Both the position numbers and the translations under genes were made by a program. Positions 24,336-56,641 of a stretch of 64,000 nucleotides of DNA are shown piece by piece (within the stretch, counting starts at the first letter, position 1; every line of letters begins with the position of its first letter). The stretch spans positions 25,152,299 to 25,216,298 of the forward strand of contig NC_134025.1 in the NCBI RefSeq assembly GCF_964204645.1. The letters run 5' to 3'. This DNA comes from Tubulanus polymorphus. Lineage: Eukaryota > Animalia > Nemertea. The notes under the pieces were generated by a model. It saw nothing but the letters and a program-made list of their open reading frames with translations. It was not told the origin of the DNA and did no database searches.

Positions 24336-24866
24336 ATGGATCGGTTGCAAGCTAGCGTCGCTTTAACTCCAGATCGACATTTAAATCTATTAGAATCCGT
24401 GTCACCAACGTTGTCAACGTCATCAAAATCTTCAAAAAAGTCACTGAAAGAAAACAACGAGCCAGATTTATTAAGATGTAAAAGGCGAATTGATTTTCCA
24501 CAAACCGCGGTCAAAAGGGCGGCCGTCGCACGAAGAAACGAGCGAGAAAGAAACCGCGTGAAACTGGTCAACTTAGGCTTCGCAACTTTAAGAGATCACG
24601 TGCCACAAGCAGGGAAAAATAAGAAAATGAGCAAAGTAGAAACTCTTCGATCTGCCGTGGACTATATCAAATATCTTAGAGATATATTGACTGACCAACA
24701 CGACGGTGTAAAGGGACTTGCAGCGAAACCCGGTAAAGACATTTCGCCTCCTCACTCAGTAGAAAGTTTGCCATCGCCGGGGTATGCTTCTGATTCGTCA
24801 TTCGATCACCAGGTCACATCGCCAGAAGATGACGAGTTACTGGATTTTGCCAGCTGGTTTCAATGA
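24336..24866 (+). CDS. ASCL1: Achaete-scute homolog (ASCa, ASCL1-like) proneural bHLH, paralog 2
   Basis: ATG at 24336 (the ORF track starts at an upstream GTG). PDLLRCKRRI, AVARRNERERNRVKLVNLGFATLRDHVP..KNKKMSKVETLRSAVDYI and C-terminal PEDDELLDFASWFQ. Confidence 0.92.
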   Translation: MDRLQASVALTPDRHLNLLESVSPTLSTSSKSSKKSLKENNEPDLLRCKRRIDFPQTAVKRAAVARRNERERNRVKLVNLGFATLRDHVPQAGKNKKMSKVETLRSAVDYIKYLRDILTDQHDGVKGLAAKPGKDISPPHSVESLPSPGYASDSSFDHQVTSPEDDELLDFASWFQ

Positions 24867-27800
24867 TTATAGTATTGGTAAGTATTGCAGTAATCTATAC
24901 TGATCTAGTTCATGCTTCGGGATATGTTTAGCGGGGAATGGTCGATGCTGCGAGGTGCGAATATCAGAAATGATCATGTTTTGGTGGATATATCTAGAAA
25001 AATTCTAGAAAACAGTCGAACTGTCCTGTTGAAATAAGATTGCTCTTTTGGGGCCGGAAATTGGTGTATTGACATTTACCAGTCAGCCGTTAACGGTCAA
25101 TCTTAGGCGTAATTAGCGTAATTCATTAAGCAACAATGCATATTGTTTTCAGTAAGACATTAAAACTTACAAATTGCCTTCAGGGATCTTGGCACATCTT
25201 GCCTGGGCAAGAGATAACATCTCGCCACCGGAAATGACAGCGCCCACTGATGAAGGGCCTGCACGCGATTTAGCGGGTGGATAATGACCCATCTGAGGTA
25301 ACACACTTATGACAGATGGCTGTCCTAGTGAGTTCACTTTATAATGACCGCTAGGACTTTGAATTATTTGCAACGATGTGGAAGGGCTCAACATGTTGCT
25401 CGAGCCCAACTGTTAGATATTTCCGCATTCTTGTCGTCGCAATTAACGACTTCATTGTAAATTGCTTTCCGTCAATGGTAAATAACTATTCTGTCTGTAT
25501 TGAAACAACTATTGTGCAACCGGGGTGCCCGCCGGTCGGGCTTGTGGTCTCAAATTACTTTTCAACTGTGAAAATACAACGTTGGGAAACTTGTTTGCAG
25601 AACTTGATCTCGTGTTTTTGCTCTCGGTTATAGATTTGGCTACGAATCCTCATGTTGTAAAGGATGTACAATGTATAAACGAGGTCAATGTTCTTCTATC
25701 ATAATAGGAGATCATGGGAAAACGATGAATACAACCGATTTTTTCGCATAGCCGCAAGGCTCTGGCCCGAGACACGTATGGTACTCTTATATAGACCTGC
25801 TAATTTTCGATATATCACGATCCATACAGATGATATTTCTCATCACATTTATTATATGATATTCATTTTGATACAAGGCTATTATGAATGTATTGTTCTC
25901 TGTCGTAACTAGTCTAATTTCGATGTTCTGTAATCCTTCGCCAAAAGCGTGCATACATAATTAAACATAAATAAGTACATCATATAGGTTTCAATAACAT
26001 ATAGAATTGCGCATGTCGCCCTTAGCATGCCGTCGTTAAATAGGCAAATACCATCACAGATGCCCTATTGAGTCCTCACGGAAATTCGAGTGTTAGGCCA
26101 TGTTGGTCACCATCTGTTACCCCGGTACGCGTCCTTACTTCCGCAAACATATCGCCTATAATTCCGATAGCTGTCGACTTCTCGGTATTAGTTTTATTAC
26201 GACGATGAAAAAAAGTTTCCAAAAACGATTTATCTTTTCCATTGAAAATATGTATATACATCATATATATCTACGCGGAATTGCATTTTTCTAGTAAAAC
26301 ACTACATGCGTAGAAAGGAATTATTGGTCGCGACACTTAAAAGATAGGGAAAAAACTAAATAAGTTTCCTTCCGTTTCATGCGGTGATATTACAACACTC
26401 CATCGCGAGAGTTGTAGACATGGTGCCATGAAGCATCATGCGCAAACAGAATGAGGTCACGCAGGGTCAGCTCTTCATGCACGACACTTACGCAGTTTAC
26501 GACGGAAATTTTAAAGGAAACATTCATACTCGTCCCCGGGGAACAATGCGCCGTGCTCGGTTCATTCACGAAAAAGACTCAACCGAATTTCTTAACCTCG
26601 AAGCCGCCGAAATTAGGTCGAACCAGCGCCCGAAAAAAACGCGTAATGGCACTAGACTCGGGAATTCCATGCGCGCGCAATATGAATGAAAAAATAAGGA
26701 TGAATGGTCAGAAAATCGTTGAATGAATTGTGGAAATTGCAGAAGTCGAGTCTTAAAGACAATTTCAGAATCACATAAGCTACGTATGAAAATTATAATC
26801 GAATTAAAATTTACTATCGGGTAACGGATCATTTATCGCCATTCAGTAAACTATTATCACTATCCAATTATCTCCGTCACATCATTATCACCCGCGAAGT
26901 CCCTAAATCCGCCGGCCCGAAAATACATGCATTCTCACAGATCCAATTTCCACGCACAAAACCCGTTAATCTCTTCGTATAGGTATCGAAGAATTAGCGG
27001 AATAGTTTATGCGCTAGTTCATTGATATCCACGCTCAATATTTCTATAGACGCTTCCTATTTGACCGTTCGACCATTATATATACTAAGCTATAGCTATT
27101 TTTATGTATAGATGATGATAAAGGGTCATATGGCATTATTTTATGCTAAAATTGAACTCGGTCCTCGCGGCAGTCTCAAAGAGTATACCCAGAGTGCCCT
27201 TATAGTAGACGCTACATTAATCTTTTTTGCTCATAGTTTTTTTAGCCCACTATTGTTTACACGACCGGGCGTATTTCCATTTTGTGAGGAGACTGGTTCT
27301 CTATACCTCATTCATCAAGTTAAATTTAGACCTATACATGTGTATAAGTACAATAGCCGCGGATGCACACGGAAGTCTATAGATGTCGATTTTTTAAAAG
27401 ATGCTCAAATTTTTTCTTTGCAGAATCCGAAACCTATTGTAGAAATGTGATCTTGGGACGGTCTTCGTGACCCGGCAACGATCGGATTCGCGTGATGGGA
27501 TGACGCTTTGCCGCTGGGATGCCCTATCGAGTTTATGAAATGACCAAGATAAATGTTCCCACCGACCATATACTGTGATATTTTTAATAGACTGTACACG
27601 TTTAGTGATCGTGTATAAAAAGAGAAGACAATGAATATTATTACTGTGCTATATGTTCTGCCTTATACATACAGACTCTAAGTTATATGTCTTTCCTCTT
27701 GCACACTTTGTATATATGATAATATATATTTTGTACATTTATATATGATGATTTCTGTGAATGAAATTATCCGATTATGATTAGGATATTACGAATTAAC

Positions 27801-28143
27801 AAAACCTGTATTTGTTTCGATTCTACTTAATATAAGAAGAATTAATAGGCGAACGTTGCCGAATTTCATTATGATGGCGAACCTTTGATTGTGTAAGTTA
27901 TTGCAGTGTCTTCCTCATTTTTATATAGTTTGAACTATACTACGTAGTTATTCTTAATTACGCATTAATAAACATGGATAATCTAACTAAATAATGTAAA
28001 TTATATATTATATACTGAAAAATTAGTTGGCTTGTTTAGCGAAATAAAATCTGTTGGTATCGGATAGAGGTATCTGGTTTTGATTTCATGGATTTGGGCA
28101 GACTTTCAGTGACTTCCTTGCGTGCTTTAAGCCCCAGTGCTCT

Positions 28144-28190
28144 ACCATGGACTCTAAAACTCCAACTCTCTTCGTTTAAGAGTCCATGGT
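28144..28190. repeat. Short fold-back repeat, family B (ACCATGGACTCT...AGAGTCCATGGT), MITE-like
   Basis: 12-bp perfect inverted ends. Related partial copies at ~19834-19866, ~22865-22886 and ~32843-32861. Confidence 0.55.
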
Positions 28191-29380
28191 TCTTAAGAAG
28201 AGTTGATTCTCTATAAAATGGAATCAGAATCTGAGTGGTTTTAGTCTATTCCATAAGGACCCATAAGCTTAATCCTTGGAGTAATCAGTCTGATTACTGA
28301 AGCTTAATCAAAATTGTATATTCTTCTAAAACAACTCTTTAATACGTTGTTAAAAATGATGCCAAAAAATATGATGTATATTTGACGATGGTTTTGTATA
28401 AGCATAACTGTTTCAAAAAATCAGAATATACGATCCAGTCAGCCGTGCGGGACACAGTGTGGAATGGAAAGGACCGTGATTCGATAAACAGAGATCGCAA
28501 TGACCAAATATTATCATATAGATCGGATATTCTATATTCTTGATACCAAAAAAGTAACCGGTATATAAAATCGAGGACCATTGTTTACAATGGCGTGTTT
28601 CTTTATCGTAGCGAAAATTCACCGCGGTCAAGAATATGTAATACATTGAATCAAGTAGCACTCGTTTGACGGTGTATACTCTAGTCGAGTGATGGACTCC
28701 TTTTTAGGAGGTTACCCGGTACAGGTAACGCCGAGGCTTTCAAGTATAATAGTTCTACATCCACAATCCATCGTAAATAACGAATAGAGACAGAAAGTAT
28801 CGTATTGCGGTTTCACCTTCTTTATGACATCGTCATAGACGCAATTTCCCAAGATTATTTCGCAGGAGGGGTATTCAACCCGTAATAACACGTAAACCGT
28901 TCTCACCAACAGCTTCTGCGAAGATTCTTTCAAGTTTTCAAAGGTGGGCGTCGCCTTTTTGTCGAAGTGCGCAGTATATTTAATATATTGTAGTCGACGA
29001 AAAAATGCCAGTCATATCAAACGTGGAATCTGCAATTGCCTGGTTTAACGTACTGAATAGACTGACGCGTGCCAAACCCAAATTCAATAGAAAATAGTAT
29101 AAAACACGACTCGTGCTCTCGCGGTCCGGTCCAGGGTCAACAAGATTTGCTTTATTGTCTTCAACAAAACACTGTCATCAAATAAGGTTTAAAAATTTTT
29201 CTCACGAGTTTTTCCAGAAATCGTATTCGGGTGTTCTCGGCCGTCTTCGCTCGTGAGACCGAAGACGTTTGAGCGGTGAACCGCTAAGATTTTATTTTCT
29301 CGTTTTCTTTAAATCGGGTTCCGCAATGTTTGGGAAAAATTACGGCTCTACAAATGCGTGAAGGCGAATGGTTTGATTTA

Positions 29381-29410
29381 CCATGCAACCATGCAACCAT
29401 GCAACCATGC
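29381..29410. repeat. Micro-tandem repeat (CCATGCAA) x ~3.7
   Basis: ccatgcaaccatgcaaccatgcaaccatgc. Confidence 0.7.
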
Positions 29411-31205
29411 TTTTTAACTTTTTTATAAAATGCACATAAACGCACAAGTTAGTAGTTGTAAGGATTCAAATACCTTCTCACATCATATGACGCTTTCTGG
29501 GGAAAATAGTTCCAAAGTGAGCAATTTGGCAAATCTTAAGGTATTAAGAACAATCGTTTAATCGTTATTTATGTCACGCACGCAAGCATAGAAGATTTAT
29601 GTCAGAAATAACTGAATTAACCAACAGATTTTTCAAATCTTGCGCAATATTGGACAACCCATTATACGACGTCGAGCGCCTATCAAAGCGTTTCAGCCTG
29701 CAGCGAAATCAAAATCCGCCCGGGACAAGGTTTTAAAGACAAAAATGGAATCCCGTGAAACACAATACAAGGGACGTAGATCGTAAGATTGGAAAATGCC
29801 CCACAATCTCAAGGGTTTTAATCGTGTTACCCAAAAATCTCAGTAGTCCACTCACACCTGCACTACGTGCACAATATTCAACAAGTTTGAAAGCTTTCAA
29901 TCCCGCGCACGCCGGTTTAAAATTACCAAATATGATAGGAATTTCTTTTCATCTACAATGGATGACGTTCCCCTTCGACTGCCTTGGGATCTTCTCGCAT
30001 GAATTGAACGCGCCTTGTGAAGAAGGTGAACTATTTCAAATAATAATTGCTCACGTAAATCTAGTTTGAACAGTTTCGGTTACCGGCACTGAATTTTGTT
30101 TCAGTACCGTTTTTTTCATTCAATTAGACAATACGGCATTAGACAAGACTGCAACCGTGCGATCGACCATGCAGTTTCAATTAAAAGCAAAATATCGTTG
30201 CGATAACAAATACGCACGATCTTTATAAGTTCCGTATCGTTTTTATGTGTATGGAATCAAATCGGATATATATTCTTCCGGTGCCACGTAGGCCTACTCT
30301 TTGAGAAGATTTGCTCGGACCGGGTGGGTATTCATCAACTGGTGAATGGTGGCCATTAACGTCTAAGTTCAATGGTTATGAAGCCACTCAATGCCGATCG
30401 AATTCATCTAAATCCGCAGGATTATTTTCTTAGTCAAATTATCACCGGTACTCACAGATAATAGACAATTCGAACTAGAACGGGTAATTTGCTTTAGGCA
30501 ACCGACATGTTTCTCCCGCCTCTAAGTCGAGTGACCATCGGAAACCCCAAATTACATAATCATTCTCAAATTTAGGAACACTCAAGAAACAGTTTATTGA
30601 GAGACCTAATGGACTTATTCAATTTCATATGTCCTGGTAGTTTCAGATGTAGGTAAGACAGAATAGACCTGAGCCAATTCGCTGTGCAGTAAGACAATTG
30701 GCTCGGAGGTCCATTGAGAGGATCTATCTCATCAGAGGGATTGCCGGCCGGAGGTAGGGTGTACAAGGCCAACAATTTTGTGACAGTAGAAAAAGTTTGA
30801 AGATTTCTGCAGCTTCGTACGTGTCTAGGGCATCGAACCTGTTACGGAACCATTGCCATGATTTTTCTTCTAAGTCGAAACTCAAAATTTCGAGTGTATT
30901 ACTCGAAATGTCGACTTAATAGACGTGCTTAGTCGAAATAACGACTTCGAAAAAAGAAACATACTTATGCTCAAGTTCAAGTTCAGAAAAGAGTGTGTAA
31001 TATCTACAATTAACCTACAAGATTGAAAAAAATGAACTTAGACTAAAATGTAGGTTACTAAGATGCTAAGAAGAAACTGAATTGGTAATAAATTTACATT
31101 GTTATGATGTAAGACCGCATCAAATCACCGATCAAATCATTATCAGCGGCAACTCGCCAGTGTGTTGGTTTTAAAGAAATGCGACATGCCAAAATTGTCA
31201 GAGTC

Positions 31206-31277
31206 GGGGATGTAGCTCAGTGGTAGAGCGCTCGCTTCGCATGCGAGAGGCCCCGGGTTCGAGCCCCGGCATCTCCA
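31206..31277 (+). tRNA. tRNA-Ala (anticodon CGC)
   Basis: GGGGATG...CATCTCCA acceptor stem with G3:U70, D arm gctcagtggtagagc, anticodon arm ctcgc-ttCGCat-gcgag, T loop gttcgag. Intronless, 72 nt. Confidence 0.97.
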
Positions 31278-31279
31278 CA

Positions 31280-31286
31280 TTTTTTT
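31280..31286 (+). terminator. RNA polymerase III oligo-T terminator
   Basis: Run of 7 T starting 3 nt after the tRNA discriminator base. Confidence 0.75.
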
Positions 31287-34200
31287 GAGATTATTTTTCC
31301 ACAAATTTTGTTGTTTTATGTACGTTCAGTTCTGTTGATAATAATACGTATATCGACAATTAGGGCGCTCTTTTTAAAATTGATCAAGCCGTCAATGGAC
31401 GATTGCGGACTGGCAGTTGTATTACAGTCGTTTCTAATACGTTATATTCTCAACGATCCGAAGTAAGAAAGAATTATATCTTGATTATATATAGCACATT
31501 TATTATACCACATAAAACTTAGCACAATATATATAGATATATGTATATGTATATTTATATTTCATTATATTAATTATGGAATTAACACTTATACTATAAT
31601 ACAATCAAGTGCTATATTAAAATGAACAAAATCATTTTGTGCATGAATTCAACATTTTCATCGGTATTTAAATAGAACTGGCTTCTTACGCCCGGCGCAC
31701 TGTTGTATAAAAAAAACTGCCCTTATATTTAAAAGCTGTTAAAAAGACCTCAAAAAGAATATGCTTTTCTCCCTAACTTACATCTATGCCAAAATATTGA
31801 GAAATTTTTACAAGAGAAACCAAATAAACTTAAAAGCAATTTTTGCAAAAACGCATATCTCTATTGTAAATAAAGACTATGATATCTTCGGTTTTTGAGA
31901 CATTTTTACGGAAAAGTGATTCGTCGAATTTGAAGATATCTTTTTCCAAACATGAAAATCTTCTCATGAGCCCAAAAATACATTTTTATCAAAATCTCAG
32001 GAAAAATATTTTACTGTTGGTTATTAGAGGCAAGAAAAGGCCGAAAAGTATGCAGGAAATCTGTTTTTAAAAGTTTTGGAAACTATGCTAAATCTTGTGA
32101 AACCAGAGTGTTTTTAGTCATGTACTACTATAATAGAATATAATCATAAAATCTATAAGTCGGAGTTCCGCGTACATGTAACAAATTGTAAGTAGAAAAA
32201 CTGCATAGCACCAAAAAGCAGCTATGTGTACACACTGAATAATTCAGTAACAACAAGAGTATTTTTTCCTCTGTGTCACAGACTCAACAGTTCCATCACG
32301 AACAGATTGCATAGCAACCTTCCACTTAAGTGGCATATTGGTCTCAAATATTTCAGTAAAAAATTCTGCCATCCCGCTCCAGTGGCAAAAACCATGTTCC
32401 CACTCATTCGTTCCATTCAACCCTAGGCGAAAAAATCGATACGAAAAACAGTACGGCCTAAATTCTATCGACACTTGTAACATATACCGGTACTAAAACA
32501 TTTTTGACAAACTAAAATAAAATTCGATCCATATTCCATACGGAGGTTAAGTATTTCATGGCTGTAGCTTCTGACTCGTTACAAGAATATTATCAAATTG
32601 TGACTAGATTTTTCCCTTGAGAAAGCGTACGAAAATTCTAAGACGTTAAGATAATTAAAGTACTAAATAAAGGTGTAGCACACAAACTTTTTTGTATTTA
32701 TTATACAGAATGAGGTGTATAAGGTCAGTAAACTGATTCGGGAACAGTGTAATGTAACCCAAACAATTTGTTAGTCACACACCTACTGATTACAATAATT
32801 AAGGCAAGTATTCAAAGCTATCCATATTTATTGTAAAACCGAGGACTCAAGAGTCCATAGGTTAAGAAAAAAAACCCACGTCAAGTTTCTGAGATGAGCT
32901 GGTCCCAATATGTTAGCTGTTGAGGGAGATTCAAAAAGCAGAACAAATAAGATCTTCACAAATAATGATCTCAGAGTACATGTACCTCCGGTACCCCTAT
33001 AACACTATTACCGAAGGTATAGAAATTACTCTCAGTTACAGTGAAAACTCGCTGAACACAGTGAATATCAATTTTAGAAAAATTATTGGTACTCACTGAA
33101 AAATCTTTGATGGGATAAAAGCTTTGCAGAGGCTACAATCTATAGACTATACAATTAATGACAACAAATACTTGGCACCATTTAGTGACGCTGCTAATCT
33201 CAAAAATAATTTTTTTCGAAACTTCGTCTTCAGCCATTTACCATGCGAGTGCTGCGCGTTAACATATTATATATTCACACTATCGAAATTTACTGATGTG
33301 TTAGCTACCTAGATTATCAAAATGATGATACAAAATACACATCAACCTCAAATAGAAATCCTTCATTATTTCACCGAATAATTATGAATCGTGCACAATC
33401 TATCCAGATTCTGAATAGGTAATGAATCAACTCAAGTAAGTAATTCCAACTACTTCAACTGAAATTCATGAGAAATATGAATGAAAAATTTTGATCTAAA
33501 ATCTTTTGATTTTAATTCTAAATGCAGATGTTCCTTTTATAATTCCATTCCATATATTTGTGTTTTAAAATATTGCAGGCTATTACATATATACAATATA
33601 AGTACTTTCGCTGCCATTTAAGTTTATCTTATATACTGAAAATTTTCGAAAAATTATACATCACTCAATACTTGTAAATAATTGTTTGCAAATTTGATTA
33701 TTGTAATACAAAATTATAGCAAAGAAACTGCTATTTATTTTAGTAACCATAAAAGCAGTAGAAATGACTTATTTCTATTAAATCGATGATTACAAATTCA
33801 ACAACCTTCTCAAGCCAGAAATTTTCAACATTCAAGTATACATAGCAACATGTAATACAAGCAACATGAATATAGACTGTGAATTGATAGTTTTTGAGAG
33901 CATTTCCTTTTTATGGAAACGACAGCCATTTCTTGGGTCACCAACATCGTAGTATCGATTTTTCTACTTCAGTGGTGAAGAAACCAAGAACGCGATGCAC
34001 CGTTCACTGCTAGGAAACATTCAGAGGGAGGGGTTTAAGTTATACAGGAAATAGTGCTTCCCAGTTGTACATCGAATAGCAAACCATCCACCCAAAAAAG
34101 CACACACATACATGCGTACATACACCCAGTCCTGCTATTAGTCGAAACCGAACGTCAGAAATGAATTCTGATATGATATAGCATGGATTGGGATATCAAA

Positions 34201-35302
34201 TGTACACCGAATGCTCTGTTTAAAAGCACATGTAATTGACAACATTATTTGGGCTCACGTGGAGCTTCTTACTTTTACACACGAAATTGTTTTCTCTTGA
34301 TTTCAGACACATGAAATTTAAGTTGTTTACGGCGTCATAAACGTTTAAGGAAAGTACAATATTTCGAACATGAAAATTATTCTCGAGATGGATTTTGCTC
34401 GACAAATCACCACCATAAGGTTTGAACGTAACCTATCTCGACAACTGATAATGTCTCATTCGATGATGACAACACAATGATCTTATACACGTCACAATAA
34501 TTCTAAAAGCCCTAGATCTTACGTATCATGATGGTATATTATGCTGCCCTGAGAATGCGAATTTTTTCAATTAAACGATTTATACCGATATCAACATACA
34601 TGCAGTACTTTTACAGATGGAACTCACACAATATGGCAAAAAACTGCGTAATCATCGCTTTAAAAATCAAACATCCAAGCTATGCAGTAAACTGTCAATC
34701 CTTCTTGGACGGAGAGCCACCGATTTTTATCCAAATAAATATTTCCTGATATAAGAATATCTAGTTACTTTTTCCGCCCATACATAAGTTCATAACGAAT
34801 TTTCAAAATCATGAAATTTGGAAAATTTTTTAGAAATATATGAGATTATCCTTCAAATCGATAAAATCCGACTTAGAAATATCGCACCAAGATCCTTACG
34901 ATTCTTAAAATCCGGTACTGCATAACAGAGGCCAGTTTGAAATTCAATCAGCAGAAGTACTTGTAAAAATATATAGATATATATATACATGTACAAACAT
35001 ACAATTCTTTCATAATTCATCTCATTAAGCAGCTTTGTAGTTATGATTGATAATAACCGTGTGTAACTTGCAATTCCTAATTGTCTCGTATATCTTTTAA
35101 TGTACAACCTGGTTGTTTTCAAGGGGTTTCCTCCTTGTATTTAAATGCACTCATTTCAAGTTTGTTCTATATTAGAAGCTTATATTGAAGGCTACACGCG
35201 TACTATTTCTTTCCTTAAACCATAAATCTCGTGTCCCACAAGGGAAGACAATAACTTGTTTCGAATAATATTCTTCTTCGCTCTTGTTAACATGTGGAAT
35301 GA

Positions 35303-55509
<20,207 letters not shown>

Positions 55510-56641
55510 TTTGATGCTATCCAACTGCTCAGTGAAAGAACGAGGAGACCAAGGCATCGTTTTCGCAAGATATTATAATAGCATCATTTGCATGAAAAAC
55601 GCTCAACAGGGGAGCTGCGCGCCGCATCTATAATATCATTACATCACAGGCACGTGACGTAATGTGATGATGATGTTGGTGGTTGCTGAAGCAGTGACAG
55701 CGGTATCGAAATTCAGGACAGACTGGTCAGATAAATCCATTTCAAATAATACAATAATAATCATAGATTTTCAAATCATGACTTTCGCCTTTATTTTTTT
55801 TTCTACAAAATATTCTTTTTTCGGGATTTAATTACAAAATATTGTACAAAACCACACATGGGATAGAATGCTTAATTACAACACATTATATTCATATATG
55901 ACAATTAATTCATCAATTTGAACTAGATCTTTTCAAAACTAATTCAATGGTTGGATCTAATTTATTGCAATGTAACCTTGTTGGGACCCAATTCCACAGA
56001 ACTGGGTAAGAATTTTCAGACTTATGAGTGTCAAATTTTAGTGTTCAAATCAACTCATAAATGTGGAACTTGATCCAGTTTGAGTCTTAACATTTTCTGC
56101 GAGGACAAATGTTTATTCCTTCATTCATTCATTTTCAGCTGATGAGTTCTAGAATTTTTTTAAATTCAAATGAAATATTGAATAACTACTAAATAGTCAT
56201 AATTTACAATTCCAAAATGAATACAGCAGTATCCCTTTAATGAACCTCAAGTAAAAGATTACAATTTTACAAAGGCGTTGTATTATGATATCTTTTCACA
56301 TGACCAACTGATCAGTCCACAAAGTTTATATGATTGTTCATTTATTCATACTCATTCAGTTTTAATTCACAAGAGGTAATCACTTTTTACAACATTCAAT
56401 TTTAGCTTGCATCAAATAAGTGCCCATAATCTAAATATTACTATTATTCAAATTATTCAAATAATAATAATGAACATATATCATAAATGCTCATCAGATC
56501 ATAAGGTATTAAAACTCAGGACTCTGTATAACATATTGATAACACAGGTACGCGTACAGAGTACAACACCTAGAAATCGATACAGATTCTATTGGCTTTA
56601 CATAAATCTTACCAGGTCCTTTCAAATACTCAGGAAATAGT

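Noticed and set aside
21012-24571. Antisense ORFs over the ASCa genes
   Set aside because: Shadows of GC-richer coding sequence.
31700-32100. Possible decayed non-autonomous DNA transposon
   Set aside because: The composition is suggestive, but I could not define convincing terminal inverted repeats or a target-site duplication.
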